Origin: Vicinamibacterales bacterium
GTDB lineage: Bacteria; Acidobacteriota; Vicinamibacteria; Vicinamibacterales; UBA2999
Direction of reading: 5' to 3'
NCBI GenBank assembly: GCA_035495795.1
Contig: DATJFF010000009.1
Coordinates: 9,394-73,393, forward strand
DNA length: 64,000 bases
This document shows, piece by piece, positions 31,061 through 40,345 of this stretch. A program made the position numbers and the translations under genes. The number at the start of each line of letters is the position of its first letter. The stretch's first letter is position 1. The notes beneath the pieces were generated by a model, which searched no databases, was not told the DNA's origin, and saw only the letters and a program-made list of their open reading frames with translations.

Positions 31061-31860
31061 GCGATCCCGGCGGCGCTGAAGAGCGGTGCCCAGCGGAACG
31101 CGCGGTCTCCGAGGGCGACGAAGTGCGGATTGAGCTGGCGCGGCACGAGGTAGCGGAGCGGCGCGCCCTCGAGATCGAACACTTCGCCTCCCGCGGCGCG
31201 CAGCACGCCGTGCGCCGCCGCGATGTCCCAGGGCATGGTCGGGCCATCGCGGAAATAGAGGTCGGCGCGCCCTTCAGCCAGCATGCAGAACTTGAGCGAG
31301 CTGCCCATGCTGACCGTCCGTGCGCCTGGCAGCTGCGCCAGCAGCGCTGCGACCTGCGGCCCGGCGTGATCGCGGCTGGCGACGATTCGCAGGGCCTCGG
31401 GCCGGGCCGGCGCGCAGACGTGAATCGGCGAGCGGCCGTTGTAATCCCATCGCTCGGCGCCGGCGTTGCTCGCTACCCACGACGCGCCGAGCGCTGGCGC
31501 GTGCACCACCGCCGCGACCGGCACGCCGTCGCACACGCGCGCGATGTTCACGGTGAACTCACCGGTGCGCTTGAGAAACTCCTTGGTGCCGTCGAGCGGA
31601 TCGACGAGCCAGTAATTCCCGGCCAGGAGCGCCGACCGGTCACCATCGAAGCCATCCTCTTCGGAGACGACCGGAATCTCCGGCGTCAGCCGTGCCAGGC
31701 TCTCGACGATGGCCGCATGCGCGGCGCGGTCGGCTTCGGTGAGCGGGGAGGCGTCGGGTTTGTACTCCACCGCCACCGCGCCGGCGCGGTGGTAGACGGC
31801 GAGAATCGCGGCGCCGGCCTCAACGGCGACTGCGTGCAGCTGGTCGGGGCTGACCTGCAT
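31057..31860 (-). CDS. cysQ: 3'(2'),5'-bisphosphate nucleotidase
   Basis: The ORF track extends to 31944. ATG 31860-31858 (MQVSPDQ...) overlaps the upstream TGA (TGATG). 267 aa. Inositol-monophosphatase-fold motifs VVSEEDG, WLVDPLDGTKEF and ...PWDIAAAHGVL. Confidence 0.88.
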   Translation of the reverse strand: MQVSPDQLHAVAVEAGAAILAVYHRAGAVAVEYKPDASPLTEADRAAHAAIVESLARLTPEIPVVSEEDGFDGDRSALLAGNYWLVDPLDGTKEFLKRTGEFTVNIARVCDGVPVAAVVHAPALGASWVASNAGAERWDYNGRSPIHVCAPARPEALRIVASRDHAGPQVAALLAQLPGARTVSMGSSLKFCMLAEGRADLYFRDGPTMPWDIAAAHGVLRAAGGEVFDLEGAPLRYLVPRQLNPHFVALGDRAFRWAPLFSAAGIA

Positions 31861-32960
31861 CAGCGCGGCTTGCGAGCCGCCTCCGCCTCCTGCGCGCGGG
31901 CGCCGCGCAGCACTCCCTCGAGCCCGTAGTTCGCCTCGTGACACGCGTACTCGTAGACCTGCTCACCCGGCGCCATGGCGCTGAAGACCAGCTCACCGGT
32001 GAACGGTGTCGCGAACGTCGTCGGATCCTCGACCGTGAAGCGGTAGTTGATGGTGTTCGCGTCGCGTCGATTCAGCCGCTCGACGACCTTCAGGTTCTCC
32101 CACGAGTTGCGGAACCCGTGCTGCTGGTAGAAGTTCGTCGTCTCGATCACCAGCGTGTCACCCTCCCAGCGCCCGATCGAATCGCCGAACCACTTGCGCA
32201 CGCTCGGGGGCGGGTGCGTGCCGCTCATCCGGACGACGCGCGCGTCGTGGACCATCTCGGTGAGGATGATGATGGCGTCCTTCGACTGCACGATCTGGTA
32301 GTTGTTGTTGTAGAAGTAGTTCGGCAGCATCGGCGGCCCGGCGTTGTTGCCGAACGAGGTGATGCAGCGCTCGCCGAGCGGGCGCAGTTCCGGGTGATCG
32401 AATTCGCCGCCGGCCGCCTTGCGCGCCGCCTGCACCGCCGCGATCCGCTCCCGGGCCGCCGCGGTGTACGCGGGGACGCGGCCGTCGGGCGGGTCGATGA
32501 TGATCGAGCTGCGCGGCTGGCCGTCCACCCGCAGCACCGACTCACCGGGAGCGATCCAGAACGCGTTGTAGCCGCCGACCACGCCGGCGCCAACCTGCCA
32601 GACGCGCTCCAGATACGTCGGCTCGGCGTTCGGGCTCTTGCGCGCCTCGCCGCCGACCGGCGGCGCGCTGCGATTCGGGTCGCTGTCCTGCTCGCGGGCG
32701 TCGATTGCGGCCTTGGTCTTCGTCTCGTCGTCGCGGGCCTGTTCCTCGGTGAGCACCAGAGGGCGGCCCTGGCCGAGCCGCTCGAACGGCGTGATCGTGG
32801 CGTTGGTCCAGTTGCCCTGCAGATCCGGTTTGCCGTCGGCGGTGCGAGGGACGGCGCCGGCGCGTGGTGCGGGCTTCTGCCCCGGCGCGGCAGGGGCCTG
32901 GGCGCCGGCGGCGGCGAGCGCGAGAACGGCGGCGGCGACGGTGGCTCCGATGACCCTCAT
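31860..32960 (-). CDS. Exported protein of unknown function, paralogue B
   Basis: The ORF track extends to 33431. ATG 32960-32958 (MRVIGATV...) forms an ATGA overlap with the upstream gene. 366 aa. Signal peptide AAVLALAAAGAQA. Shares GKPDLQGNW, GDSIGRWEGDTLVIETTNF and TVEDPTTFATPF blocks with the upstream paralogue. Confidence 0.8.
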   Translation of the reverse strand: MRVIGATVAAAVLALAAAGAQAPAAPGQKPAPRAGAVPRTADGKPDLQGNWTNATITPFERLGQGRPLVLTEEQARDDETKTKAAIDAREQDSDPNRSAPPVGGEARKSPNAEPTYLERVWQVGAGVVGGYNAFWIAPGESVLRVDGQPRSSIIIDPPDGRVPAYTAAARERIAAVQAARKAAGGEFDHPELRPLGERCITSFGNNAGPPMLPNYFYNNNYQIVQSKDAIIILTEMVHDARVVRMSGTHPPPSVRKWFGDSIGRWEGDTLVIETTNFYQQHGFRNSWENLKVVERLNRRDANTINYRFTVEDPTTFATPFTGELVFSAMAPGEQVYEYACHEANYGLEGVLRGARAQEAEAARKPR

Positions 32961-33811
32961 TTGATCGGCTCCTTCCGCAGGTGACCGTACATCAGCTCGG
33001 TCACGAACTCGACGCACTTGAACTGGCCGAGCTGCGCGTTCTTCTCGATCCGCCGGTAGAGCGGCATGCTCATCTTCCACGGTCGCGTGAACGTCTCCGG
33101 ATCGTCGATCGTCGCCTCGTACTGGATGTGATCCGCATCCACCATCGTATAGCGCTCGGTCACCTTCATGCTCGCGCTGTGATGGTTGCCGGCCCGATCG
33201 AACCAGCTCTGATCGTTGAAGCCGCGGACCTCGACGATGAAGATGTCGCCTTCCCAGCGGCCTACTGACTGGCCCATCCAGCTGTCGACCTGCGGCTCGC
33301 CGGGATCCTTGTAGAACACGTTGCGGACCGCGCCGGCGAATTCGTAGCTGATGAAGAACGCCTTGTCGCTCTGGACGATCTGAAATGGAAACGGCATGTA
33401 GGTGGCCCGCGGGACGCCGGGCAGGTAGCACTTGATTTCCGGATCCCGCGCCAGCCAGTTCTCCTGGTTCTCCTGCTTTGTCTTCAGTGCGTCCGGTTTG
33501 TAGGGGAGCTCGTCGCCCTCGACCACGCCGAGGCCGGCGGGGACGGCGCCGATGGCGCCGAACGCGAGCACTTCTTTCGCCGGCACCGGGACTACCGGCC
33601 CTTGCCGCATCGCGAGCGCAGCCTTCGCGCTGTGCGCCTGGATGTCCCAGTTGGCGGTAGTGAGCGTCTGCCAGATGCCGTTCAGATCGGGCTTGCCGTT
33701 CAACCGCGGAATCGCCGCGGCCCGCGATTGCCCGGTGAGCGATGGCAGGAAGGCCAGCCCGAGGATCAGGGTGGCGGCGGCGAGCGCGATCGTCTTGACG
33801 GCCGGGCGCAT
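32957..33811 (-). CDS. Exported protein of unknown function, paralogue A
   Basis: 284 aa. Signal peptide. Blocks GKPDLNGIW, GQSVGRWEGDIFIVEVRGF and TIDDPETFTRPW match paralogue B. First gene of the five-gene coupled operon. Confidence 0.8.
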   Translation of the reverse strand: MRPAVKTIALAAATLILGLAFLPSLTGQSRAAAIPRLNGKPDLNGIWQTLTTANWDIQAHSAKAALAMRQGPVVPVPAKEVLAFGAIGAVPAGLGVVEGDELPYKPDALKTKQENQENWLARDPEIKCYLPGVPRATYMPFPFQIVQSDKAFFISYEFAGAVRNVFYKDPGEPQVDSWMGQSVGRWEGDIFIVEVRGFNDQSWFDRAGNHHSASMKVTERYTMVDADHIQYEATIDDPETFTRPWKMSMPLYRRIEKNAQLGQFKCVEFVTELMYGHLRKEPIK

Positions 33812-34007
33812 GCGGTTACCCCTCAGGTCGCGGATTATACCTAGCGAGGCTTCGCCTTAGACCGGCCAAGCATGCAGAGCCGGCGCGGCTCCGCCTCGCC
33901 AGGGGCAGTGTTGTTTGGCCGCGCATCCGCGCGGCGGGGTCCCGGCCGATGTATGCTGGCGCCGCGGCGTGTGGTCTCTCGCCGCACCTTCATCACAGGA
34001 GCTCCCC

Positions 34008-35369
34008 ATGGCAGACATCAAGGCTGCGGCTGATGCGCTCCGCGGCAATTTTTCCGGTGACGTGCTCGTCGCGGCCGACCCGGCGTTCGACGCCTGCCGC
34101 CGTGTCCACAACGGCATGATCGACCGCCGGCCGGCCCTTATCGCCCGCTGCCGCGGCGTAGGTGACGTGCAAGCGGCGGTCCGGCTCGCCCGCGACCACC
34201 AGCTGGAGATCGCGGTCCGCGGCGGCGGTCACAACGTCGCCGGCAACGCCGTGTGCGAGGGCGGTCTGATGATCGACCTGGCGGGAATGCGCGGAGTGCA
34301 TGTCGATCCCGCGGCGCGCCGCGCTCGCGCCCAGGGCGGGGCCACCTGGGCCGACTACAACCGCGAGACGCAGCTGTTCGGCCTGGCCAGCACCGGGGGT
34401 GTCGTCTCGACAACCGGCGTCGCGGGGCTGACGCTCGGAGGCGGGCTCGGGCACCTGATGGGCAAGCACGGGATGGCTGTCGACTGCCTTCGTGGGGCCA
34501 CCATGGTCACGGCGTCGGGCGACGTGGTCCGCGCCGGCGCCGACGAGCACCCGGATCTCTTCTGGGCGATTCGGGGTGGCGGCGGCAACTTCGGCGTGGC
34601 GGCGTGGCTCGACTTCGAAGTGGCGCCGGTCGGACCGGTCGTGACCGGCGGACTGGTCGCCCATCCATTCGCCGCGGCCCGCGACGTGCTTCGTTTCTAC
34701 CGCGATCTCACGGCCAACCTGCCCGACGAGCTCATCGCGTTTGGCGGGCTCCTGCACGGCCCGGACGGCACCAGGTTGGCGGCCATCGCGGTCTGCCACT
34801 GCGGCGACCTGGAGAGCGGCCGCGCCGCGACCGATCCCGTCAAGCGCTTCGGGTCGCCGGCGATGGATGCGATCGGGCCAATGCCGTACTCGGTCGTCAA
34901 CACACTATTCGATCCCGGGTTCCCGCGCGGCGCGCTCAATTACTGGAAGTCCAACTTCCTCGCGGCCCTGACCGACCAGGCCATCGACGGCATCATCGCC
35001 CAGTTCGAGTCCTGTCCGTCGCCAATGAGCGCGCTGCTCCTCGAGCACTTCCACGGCGCAGCCACGCGCGTCGCGCCGACCGCCACCGCGTTTCCGCACC
35101 GCAGCGTCGGCTACAACTGCCTGATCATCAGCGAGTGGATGGATCCGGCCGCGACCGATGTCAACGTGAAGTGGGCGCGCGACACGTACACGGCGATGTC
35201 GCCGCACTTTGCCAGCGGGCGGTATGCCAACTACCTCAACGCCGATGAAGTCGGGCAGGCCGATGCCGTGTCCGCGGCCTTCGGCCCGAACGCGGCGCGC
35301 CTGCGCGAGGTGAAGCGCAAGTACGATCCGGACAACGTGTTTCACTTGAACCAGAACATCCGGCCGTGA
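34008..35369 (+). CDS. FAD-binding oxidoreductase with BBE (berberine-bridge-like) C-terminal domain
   Basis: The ORF track starts at 33915. ATG 34008 is preceded by AGGAG. 453 aa. FAD_binding_4-type region (IAVRGGGHNVAG...). C-terminal YANYLNAD...LREVKRKYDPDNVFHLNQNIRP. Confidence 0.88.
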   Translation: MADIKAAADALRGNFSGDVLVAADPAFDACRRVHNGMIDRRPALIARCRGVGDVQAAVRLARDHQLEIAVRGGGHNVAGNAVCEGGLMIDLAGMRGVHVDPAARRARAQGGATWADYNRETQLFGLASTGGVVSTTGVAGLTLGGGLGHLMGKHGMAVDCLRGATMVTASGDVVRAGADEHPDLFWAIRGGGGNFGVAAWLDFEVAPVGPVVTGGLVAHPFAAARDVLRFYRDLTANLPDELIAFGGLLHGPDGTRLAAIAVCHCGDLESGRAATDPVKRFGSPAMDAIGPMPYSVVNTLFDPGFPRGALNYWKSNFLAALTDQAIDGIIAQFESCPSPMSALLLEHFHGAATRVAPTATAFPHRSVGYNCLIISEWMDPAATDVNVKWARDTYTAMSPHFASGRYANYLNADEVGQADAVSAAFGPNAARLREVKRKYDPDNVFHLNQNIRP

Positions 35370-38300
35370 TCCGGCGAGATCGAACCATGTCGATGCAGAA
35401 GATCGGAAACGGCCGGAGTGCGCTCGGCCGGACGCTACTCGGGTTGGTTGTCATTGCTGCCTGCGGTGCCCTGCTCCGGGGCCAGGCGCAGGGGCGCGAG
35501 GTCCGGCTGGCCATCCGCGAGGGCACCTCGATGGCCGCCGCAGTGTCGCCGGACGGCAAGACCATCGTGCTCGATCTGCTCGGCGCCCTCTGGACGACGA
35601 GCGGGGACGGCGGCCCGGCGCGGCGAATCCTCGAGGACGGGTACGACGCGCATCTGCCGGCGTGGTCGCCGGACGGACGGCGGCTCGCGTTCCAGGCCTA
35701 CCTCCGCGACACGTGGCACATCTGGGTGATGAACCCTGACGGCAGCGGGCTGCAGGAGGTGACCACCGGTCCGTTCGACGATCGGGAGCCGTACTGGTCG
35801 CCGGACGGCACCCGCCTGGCGTTCTCCTCCGATCGCAGCGGCAACTACGACATCTGGACGTTGACGCTCGCCTCCGGCGAAGTGAAGCGCCTCACCAACA
35901 GCGGCGCCAACGACAGCATGCCGGCATGGTCGCCGGACGGCCGCGAGATCGCGTTCGTCTCCGATCGCCAGGAGCGGGGCATCTACGCCCGCACCGTGGA
36001 CTCGGACGCCGAGCGGCTGCTCGTCCGCGACGCGACCACTGTCTGGTCGCCGATGTGGACCCCTGACGGCAAGGCGGTGGCCTACGTGTCGGTCAGCGGC
36101 GCGACCAGCAAGCTGGTGATGGGCGGCACGACGATCAGCGACTCGGGAGAGGATGTGTTCCCGTTCCGGCCGACATGGGTCGGCGCGGACATGGTCTATA
36201 CCGCCGACGGCGTGATCAAACGCCGGCCGCAGAGCGGCGGTGCCGCTCGGCCGGTACCGTTTGCGGCCGACGTCGCATTCACTCGCGCGGCGTTCACGCC
36301 GAAGGCGCCGGTCTTCGCGCCGGACGGCCCGCAGAAGGTCCGCGGCCTGATGCATCCGGTCGTTTCACCGGATGGCGCGCGGGTGGCATTTGCCGCGCTC
36401 GGCGATCTCTGGGTGCTGTCCACCTCCGGCGGCGAGGCGACGCCCGAGCGCTTGACCAATGACGTCTTCGTCGAGATGCACCCGATGTGGTCGCCCGACG
36501 GCAACCTGCTCGCCTATTCGTCGGACCGCGGCGGTGAGATGGCCGTATGGGTGCGCGACATGCGGACCGGCCAGGATCGGAAGATCATCGGCGGTGGCGG
36601 CACCGCGTCGTTCTCGCCGGACGGAGGGCGCCTGGCGTACCTCGACTCCGCTTCGCAGCTCCGCGTCGTGGACGTCAAGACCCTCGAAGGACGAAAGGTG
36701 CACGAGCGGCTGATGGAGCCGGGCCGACCGAGCTGGTCGCCGGACGGGCGCGCGGTGGTGATGTCGGCGCTCCACCCGTACTCGACGCGCTTTCGAGAGG
36801 GCACCAACGAAGTGCTGTGGGTGCAGGTCGAGCCGAACCCGTCGGCGACCGGGCGGGACGCGTTCGCGCCGGACCGCTGGTTCGATCCGCTGCCGCACAA
36901 GTCGATCGGGATGCGCGAGAACCTCGGTCCGGTCTGGTCGCCGGATGGGACGCAAATGGCCGCGATCATCGACGGCTATCTCGCCACGTTCCCGGTCGCG
37001 CGCGATGGCACGCCGGCCGGCCCGCCCCGGCGCGTCTCGTCCGACATGGCGAGCTCGCCGTCATGGGCCGGCGACTCACGCCGCGTGCTCTACCAGGCGC
37101 TCGATCGGTTCCGGCTCGTCGATCTTGCCGACGGCAGCGTCCGCGACATCGTCCCGCGCATGACGTGGGAGGCGCGAAAGACAACCGGCGCCGTGACGGT
37201 GCACGCCGGCCGCCTGTTCGACGGGCGCGGCACCGAGACGCGCAGCGGCGTGGACATCGTCATCGATGGAAACCGGATCCGGCAGGTGGAGCCGCACCGC
37301 GACGATCTGCACCGCGGCACCGTGGTCGATGCGCAATCCGGAACGGTGGTGCCGGGGATTATCGAAAGCCACACCCACCTCTCGAAGGAGTACGGCCAGG
37401 TTCTCGGGCGGATCTGGCTGTCGTTCGGCATCACGACGGTGCGCAACCCGGCGACCAATCCGTTCGAAGCCAACGAGGAGCGGGAGTCGCTCGCCTCCGG
37501 CGTCAGGATCGGTCCGCGGGTCGTCACCACCGGCGAGCCGCTCGATGGCACGCGCATCTACTACCCGGGCGGCGTGGCGCTCGACGGCGGCGCGATGGTG
37601 GACAACTACATGAGCCGGGCCCAGGCCCTCGGCTTCGACTTCGTCAAGACCTACGTGCGCCTGCCCGACCTGCTCCAGAAGCGGATCATCGCCGCCGCCC
37701 ATCAGGCCGGGATGCCGGTCACCTCGCACGAGATTTATCCGGCGGTGGCCTATGGCGCCGACGGCGTCGAGCACATTCGTGGCACCAGCCGGCGCGGCTT
37801 CACGCCGAAGAACAGCGAGACCCGTCACACCTACCACGATGTGATCGATCTGCTCGCGGCAAGCGGCATGACGCTGACGCCGACGATCGGCATCCAGGGC
37901 GGGCACCAGCTGCTGACGCTCAAGGACGGCTCGTGGCTGGACGACGCGCGGATCAAGACGCTGTTTCCGGCGACGGCATCCGAGCCCTCGCGCGCGCTGC
38001 GTGCGAAGCCGTCGACGCCGGCCGACATCGCCGCGCGGGAAGCGCTGGTCGCGCCGCAGGAGCGGCTGGTCAGCGCGCTGCACAAGGCGGGCGGCCGGAT
38101 CATCGCCGGGACCGACTCGCCGATCAATCCGTACGGGTTGTCGCTGCTGCTCGAGATCGAGCACTACGTCCGCGGCGGGCTGACGCCGGCCGAGGCGCTG
38201 CTCACGGTGACCGCGGTCCCGGCGCAGGCGATGGGCCTCGGCGCGGAGCTCGGCACGATCGAGCCGGGCAAGCTCGCGGACCTCGTCGTCGTGGACGGGA

Positions 38301-38395
38301 ACCCGCTGGAGAACATCGCCGACATCCGCAAGACCCGGACGGTCGTGAAGGACGGCGTCGTGTATCAGCTCGACGCGTTGCTGAAGCGGCCTTAG
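35366..38395 (+). CDS. PD40/TolB-type beta-propeller fused to a metal-dependent amidohydrolase domain
   Basis: About 1000 aa. The listed start GTG 35366 overlaps the upstream stop (GTGA). ATG 35387 is an alternative. Signal peptide. Many PD40-like repeats (AWSPDGRRLAF, YWSPDGTRLAFSS, AWSPDGREIAFVS...). C-terminal amidohydrolase with PGIIESHTHL. Confidence 0.88.
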   Translation: MIRRDRTMSMQKIGNGRSALGRTLLGLVVIAACGALLRGQAQGREVRLAIREGTSMAAAVSPDGKTIVLDLLGALWTTSGDGGPARRILEDGYDAHLPAWSPDGRRLAFQAYLRDTWHIWVMNPDGSGLQEVTTGPFDDREPYWSPDGTRLAFSSDRSGNYDIWTLTLASGEVKRLTNSGANDSMPAWSPDGREIAFVSDRQERGIYARTVDSDAERLLVRDATTVWSPMWTPDGKAVAYVSVSGATSKLVMGGTTISDSGEDVFPFRPTWVGADMVYTADGVIKRRPQSGGAARPVPFAADVAFTRAAFTPKAPVFAPDGPQKVRGLMHPVVSPDGARVAFAALGDLWVLSTSGGEATPERLTNDVFVEMHPMWSPDGNLLAYSSDRGGEMAVWVRDMRTGQDRKIIGGGGTASFSPDGGRLAYLDSASQLRVVDVKTLEGRKVHERLMEPGRPSWSPDGRAVVMSALHPYSTRFREGTNEVLWVQVEPNPSATGRDAFAPDRWFDPLPHKSIGMRENLGPVWSPDGTQMAAIIDGYLATFPVARDGTPAGPPRRVSSDMASSPSWAGDSRRVLYQALDRFRLVDLADGSVRDIVPRMTWEARKTTGAVTVHAGRLFDGRGTETRSGVDIVIDGNRIRQVEPHRDDLHRGTVVDAQSGTVVPGIIESHTHLSKEYGQVLGRIWLSFGITTVRNPATNPFEANEERESLASGVRIGPRVVTTGEPLDGTRIYYPGGVALDGGAMVDNYMSRAQALGFDFVKTYVRLPDLLQKRIIAAAHQAGMPVTSHEIYPAVAYGADGVEHIRGTSRRGFTPKNSETRHTYHDVIDLLAASGMTLTPTIGIQGGHQLLTLKDGSWLDDARIKTLFPATASEPSRALRAKPSTPADIAAREALVAPQERLVSALHKAGGRIIAGTDSPINPYGLSLLLEIEHYVRGGLTPAEALLTVTAVPAQAMGLGAELGTIEPGKLADLVVVDGNPLENIADIRKTRTVVKDGVVYQLDALLKRP

Positions 38396-38679
38396 GCTTC
38401 GCTGGAGGGCCGTTTCCCGGGCCTCGCGGCTTCCGCCGCTCGGCAGGCGCCCGCTTCGCGGGCGTAGGCTGCGCTTCGCGCATCGGGCGCGGCTTCGCCG
38501 CGTTACACGCCTCGCGGAGTGCGCCGCTCGGTAGGCGCCCGCTTCGCGGGCGTAGGCTGCGCTTCGCGCATCGGGCGCGGCTTTGCCGCGTTACACGCCT
38601 CGCGGAGTGCGCCGCTCGGCAGGCGCCTGCTTCGCGGGCGTAGGCTGCGCTTCGCGCATCGGGCGCGGCTTCGCCGCGT
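38396..38679 (+). repeat. 88-bp tandem repeat, about 3.2 copies, built from GCTTCGC/GCGAAGC mini-palindromes (hairpin module of composite element, copy 1)
   Basis: GCCGCTCGG anchors at 38435, 38523 and 38611 give a period of exactly 88 bp. Each unit contains CGCCCGCTTCGCGGGCG, GCGCTTCGCGC and CGCGGCTTCGCCGCG. The array begins right after the TAG at 38393-38395. Confidence 0.92.
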
Positions 38680-38806
38680 AGGGATTGGTGATTGGAAATT
38701 GAGGATTGTCGAGGCGCCAGGAGCGGCAATCCCGAGGGCCGCGAGCCTCTCCCGATCGACGCAACGTCCTCCCGAAGCAGCGCAAGCGTCCTCCCGGCGC
38801 AGACGC
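38680..38806 (+). repeat. GATTGG module and phased CTCCCG module of composite element, copy 1
   Basis: GGGATTGGTGATTGGAAATTGAGGATTG, then CTCCCG boxes at 38749, 38769 and 38791 (20- and 22-bp spacing). The module abuts the stop of the convergent gene at 38810. Confidence 0.8.
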
Positions 38807-38809
38807 CGC

Positions 38810-40306
38810 TCACGGTACCGTCAACACGATTTCGGGGGAAACACCGCTGGTCGCGCAGCTTCCCGCCGCGGCGACACGCAGGAAGTAGAAACCCGGCGGT
38901 ACGCCTGCGAGGGGGAAGGAGATCCGTGGCTGCGCGCCGACATTTCCATTGAAAGCGTTGCTCAGGCCGGTCGCGGTTCCTGCCTGGAGCACGTACGACG
39001 CCGCGCCGAAGGAGCGGCTCCACGAGATCGTGAGCACGCCGTTGATCTTCGTGAACGTGAGATCGGCCGGCACCGCCGGTGCGGTGCATCCGACGGAGAA
39101 CGACACCTCGTTGGAAGCGGCTCCGATACCGCACGCGTTCACGCCGCGAATCCGGGTTACGTAGTTCCCGCCCGGCGCCGCGGCCGTCAACTGCATTCGC
39201 CCGCCGACGTTCTGGTTGAACAGGTTGGCAAGTCCGCTCGCGCTGCCCGCTTCGACGATGTAGGAGGTGGCGCCGGCCGTGCCGTCCCAGTCGAGCGTGG
39301 CGCTGAGACCGATCGAGCGTACGGTGTGGGCATTCGGCGCTGCCGGAGCCGCCGTGCAGCCAGGATTGCCCACCGCGAAGGTTCGCTCGATTGAAACCGG
39401 GCCGATTGCGGCGCCCTGGCGGCTTCGCAGGCGCACGTAGTAGATGCCAGCAGGCACCGGCGATTGCAGCGCAGTCGTGTTGCCGATGTCGGCATTGAAG
39501 ATGTTCGTCGCACCCGGGGTCGAGCCGGCCTCGAGCACGTAGGACGTCGCGTCGACGGACGCGTCCCACGTAACAGCGGCCGACAGGCCGGTCGTGACGA
39601 TCTGGAGGTTGGTCGGCGGCAGCGGTTTGCGGAGCACGAGCCGCACGTGGCCGGATGCCGCGGCGGCCCCGGCCTGATCCACGTCGCGATCAGAGGATTC
39701 GAGCTCGTAGTTGAACTCGTAGGTGCCCGGTGGCAGCACGCCGCGCCGGGTGCCGAGCTGGTTGAAGGATCCGTACACGCCATCGTTCGACAGGTTGACG
39801 TAGAGCCAGCGCGCCAACCCGAAGGCGGTCTCGTCCTCGAGATACGCCGTCGTGAAAGGCGAGAGGAACTGGCGGAGGAAGGTCCGCTGGTGATAGGCGT
39901 CGCCGGCATCGGTGCTCGAACCGAACAGGTGCCCGCTCAGCTCGTAGACGTACGGTTCATCGAGCGTGATCTGAATGAAGCCTTCCGCGAGGTTGCCGTT
40001 CGACCCGACGCTGTAACTCTGCTCGGTCTGTATGTCGAACACCGCGGTGGTGCCGGTCAGGCTGATCTCGTAGGTGGCGCTGGTTGTCGCCGTCGCCGCG
40101 GTGCCGATCTCGGTATCGGTAATGCTGTCGCCGAACGTACCCGGGCCGAATACCGGCACGATGTCGTGCGAATCGACGACGCCGAAGTGATTGTCGGCGC
40201 GAACCCGGATGAGCGACGTCGGAGCGATGACCGGCGGCCCCGCTTCCACCGCGGATGGCAGGCAAGCCAGGAACGCACCGAACGCGAGCACGCGAATCCG
40301 CTTCAT
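38810..40306 (-). CDS. Exported protein with unknown N-terminal domain and three FN3-like repeats
   Basis: 498 aa. Signal peptide AFLACLPSAVEA. Three ~85-aa repeats each contain ...SYVLEAGS/T..G..N.F... and ...YYVRLR / YVTRIRG / YFLRVAA.... Confidence 0.8.
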   Translation of the reverse strand: MKRIRVLAFGAFLACLPSAVEAGPPVIAPTSLIRVRADNHFGVVDSHDIVPVFGPGTFGDSITDTEIGTAATATTSATYEISLTGTTAVFDIQTEQSYSVGSNGNLAEGFIQITLDEPYVYELSGHLFGSSTDAGDAYHQRTFLRQFLSPFTTAYLEDETAFGLARWLYVNLSNDGVYGSFNQLGTRRGVLPPGTYEFNYELESSDRDVDQAGAAAASGHVRLVLRKPLPPTNLQIVTTGLSAAVTWDASVDATSYVLEAGSTPGATNIFNADIGNTTALQSPVPAGIYYVRLRSRQGAAIGPVSIERTFAVGNPGCTAAPAAPNAHTVRSIGLSATLDWDGTAGATSYIVEAGSASGLANLFNQNVGGRMQLTAAAPGGNYVTRIRGVNACGIGAASNEVSFSVGCTAPAVPADLTFTKINGVLTISWSRSFGAASYVLQAGTATGLSNAFNGNVGAQPRISFPLAGVPPGFYFLRVAAAGSCATSGVSPEIVLTVP

Positions 40307-40345
40307 CGACAGTCCTCCGTATTCAACGACCGGGACGGCATGCTA

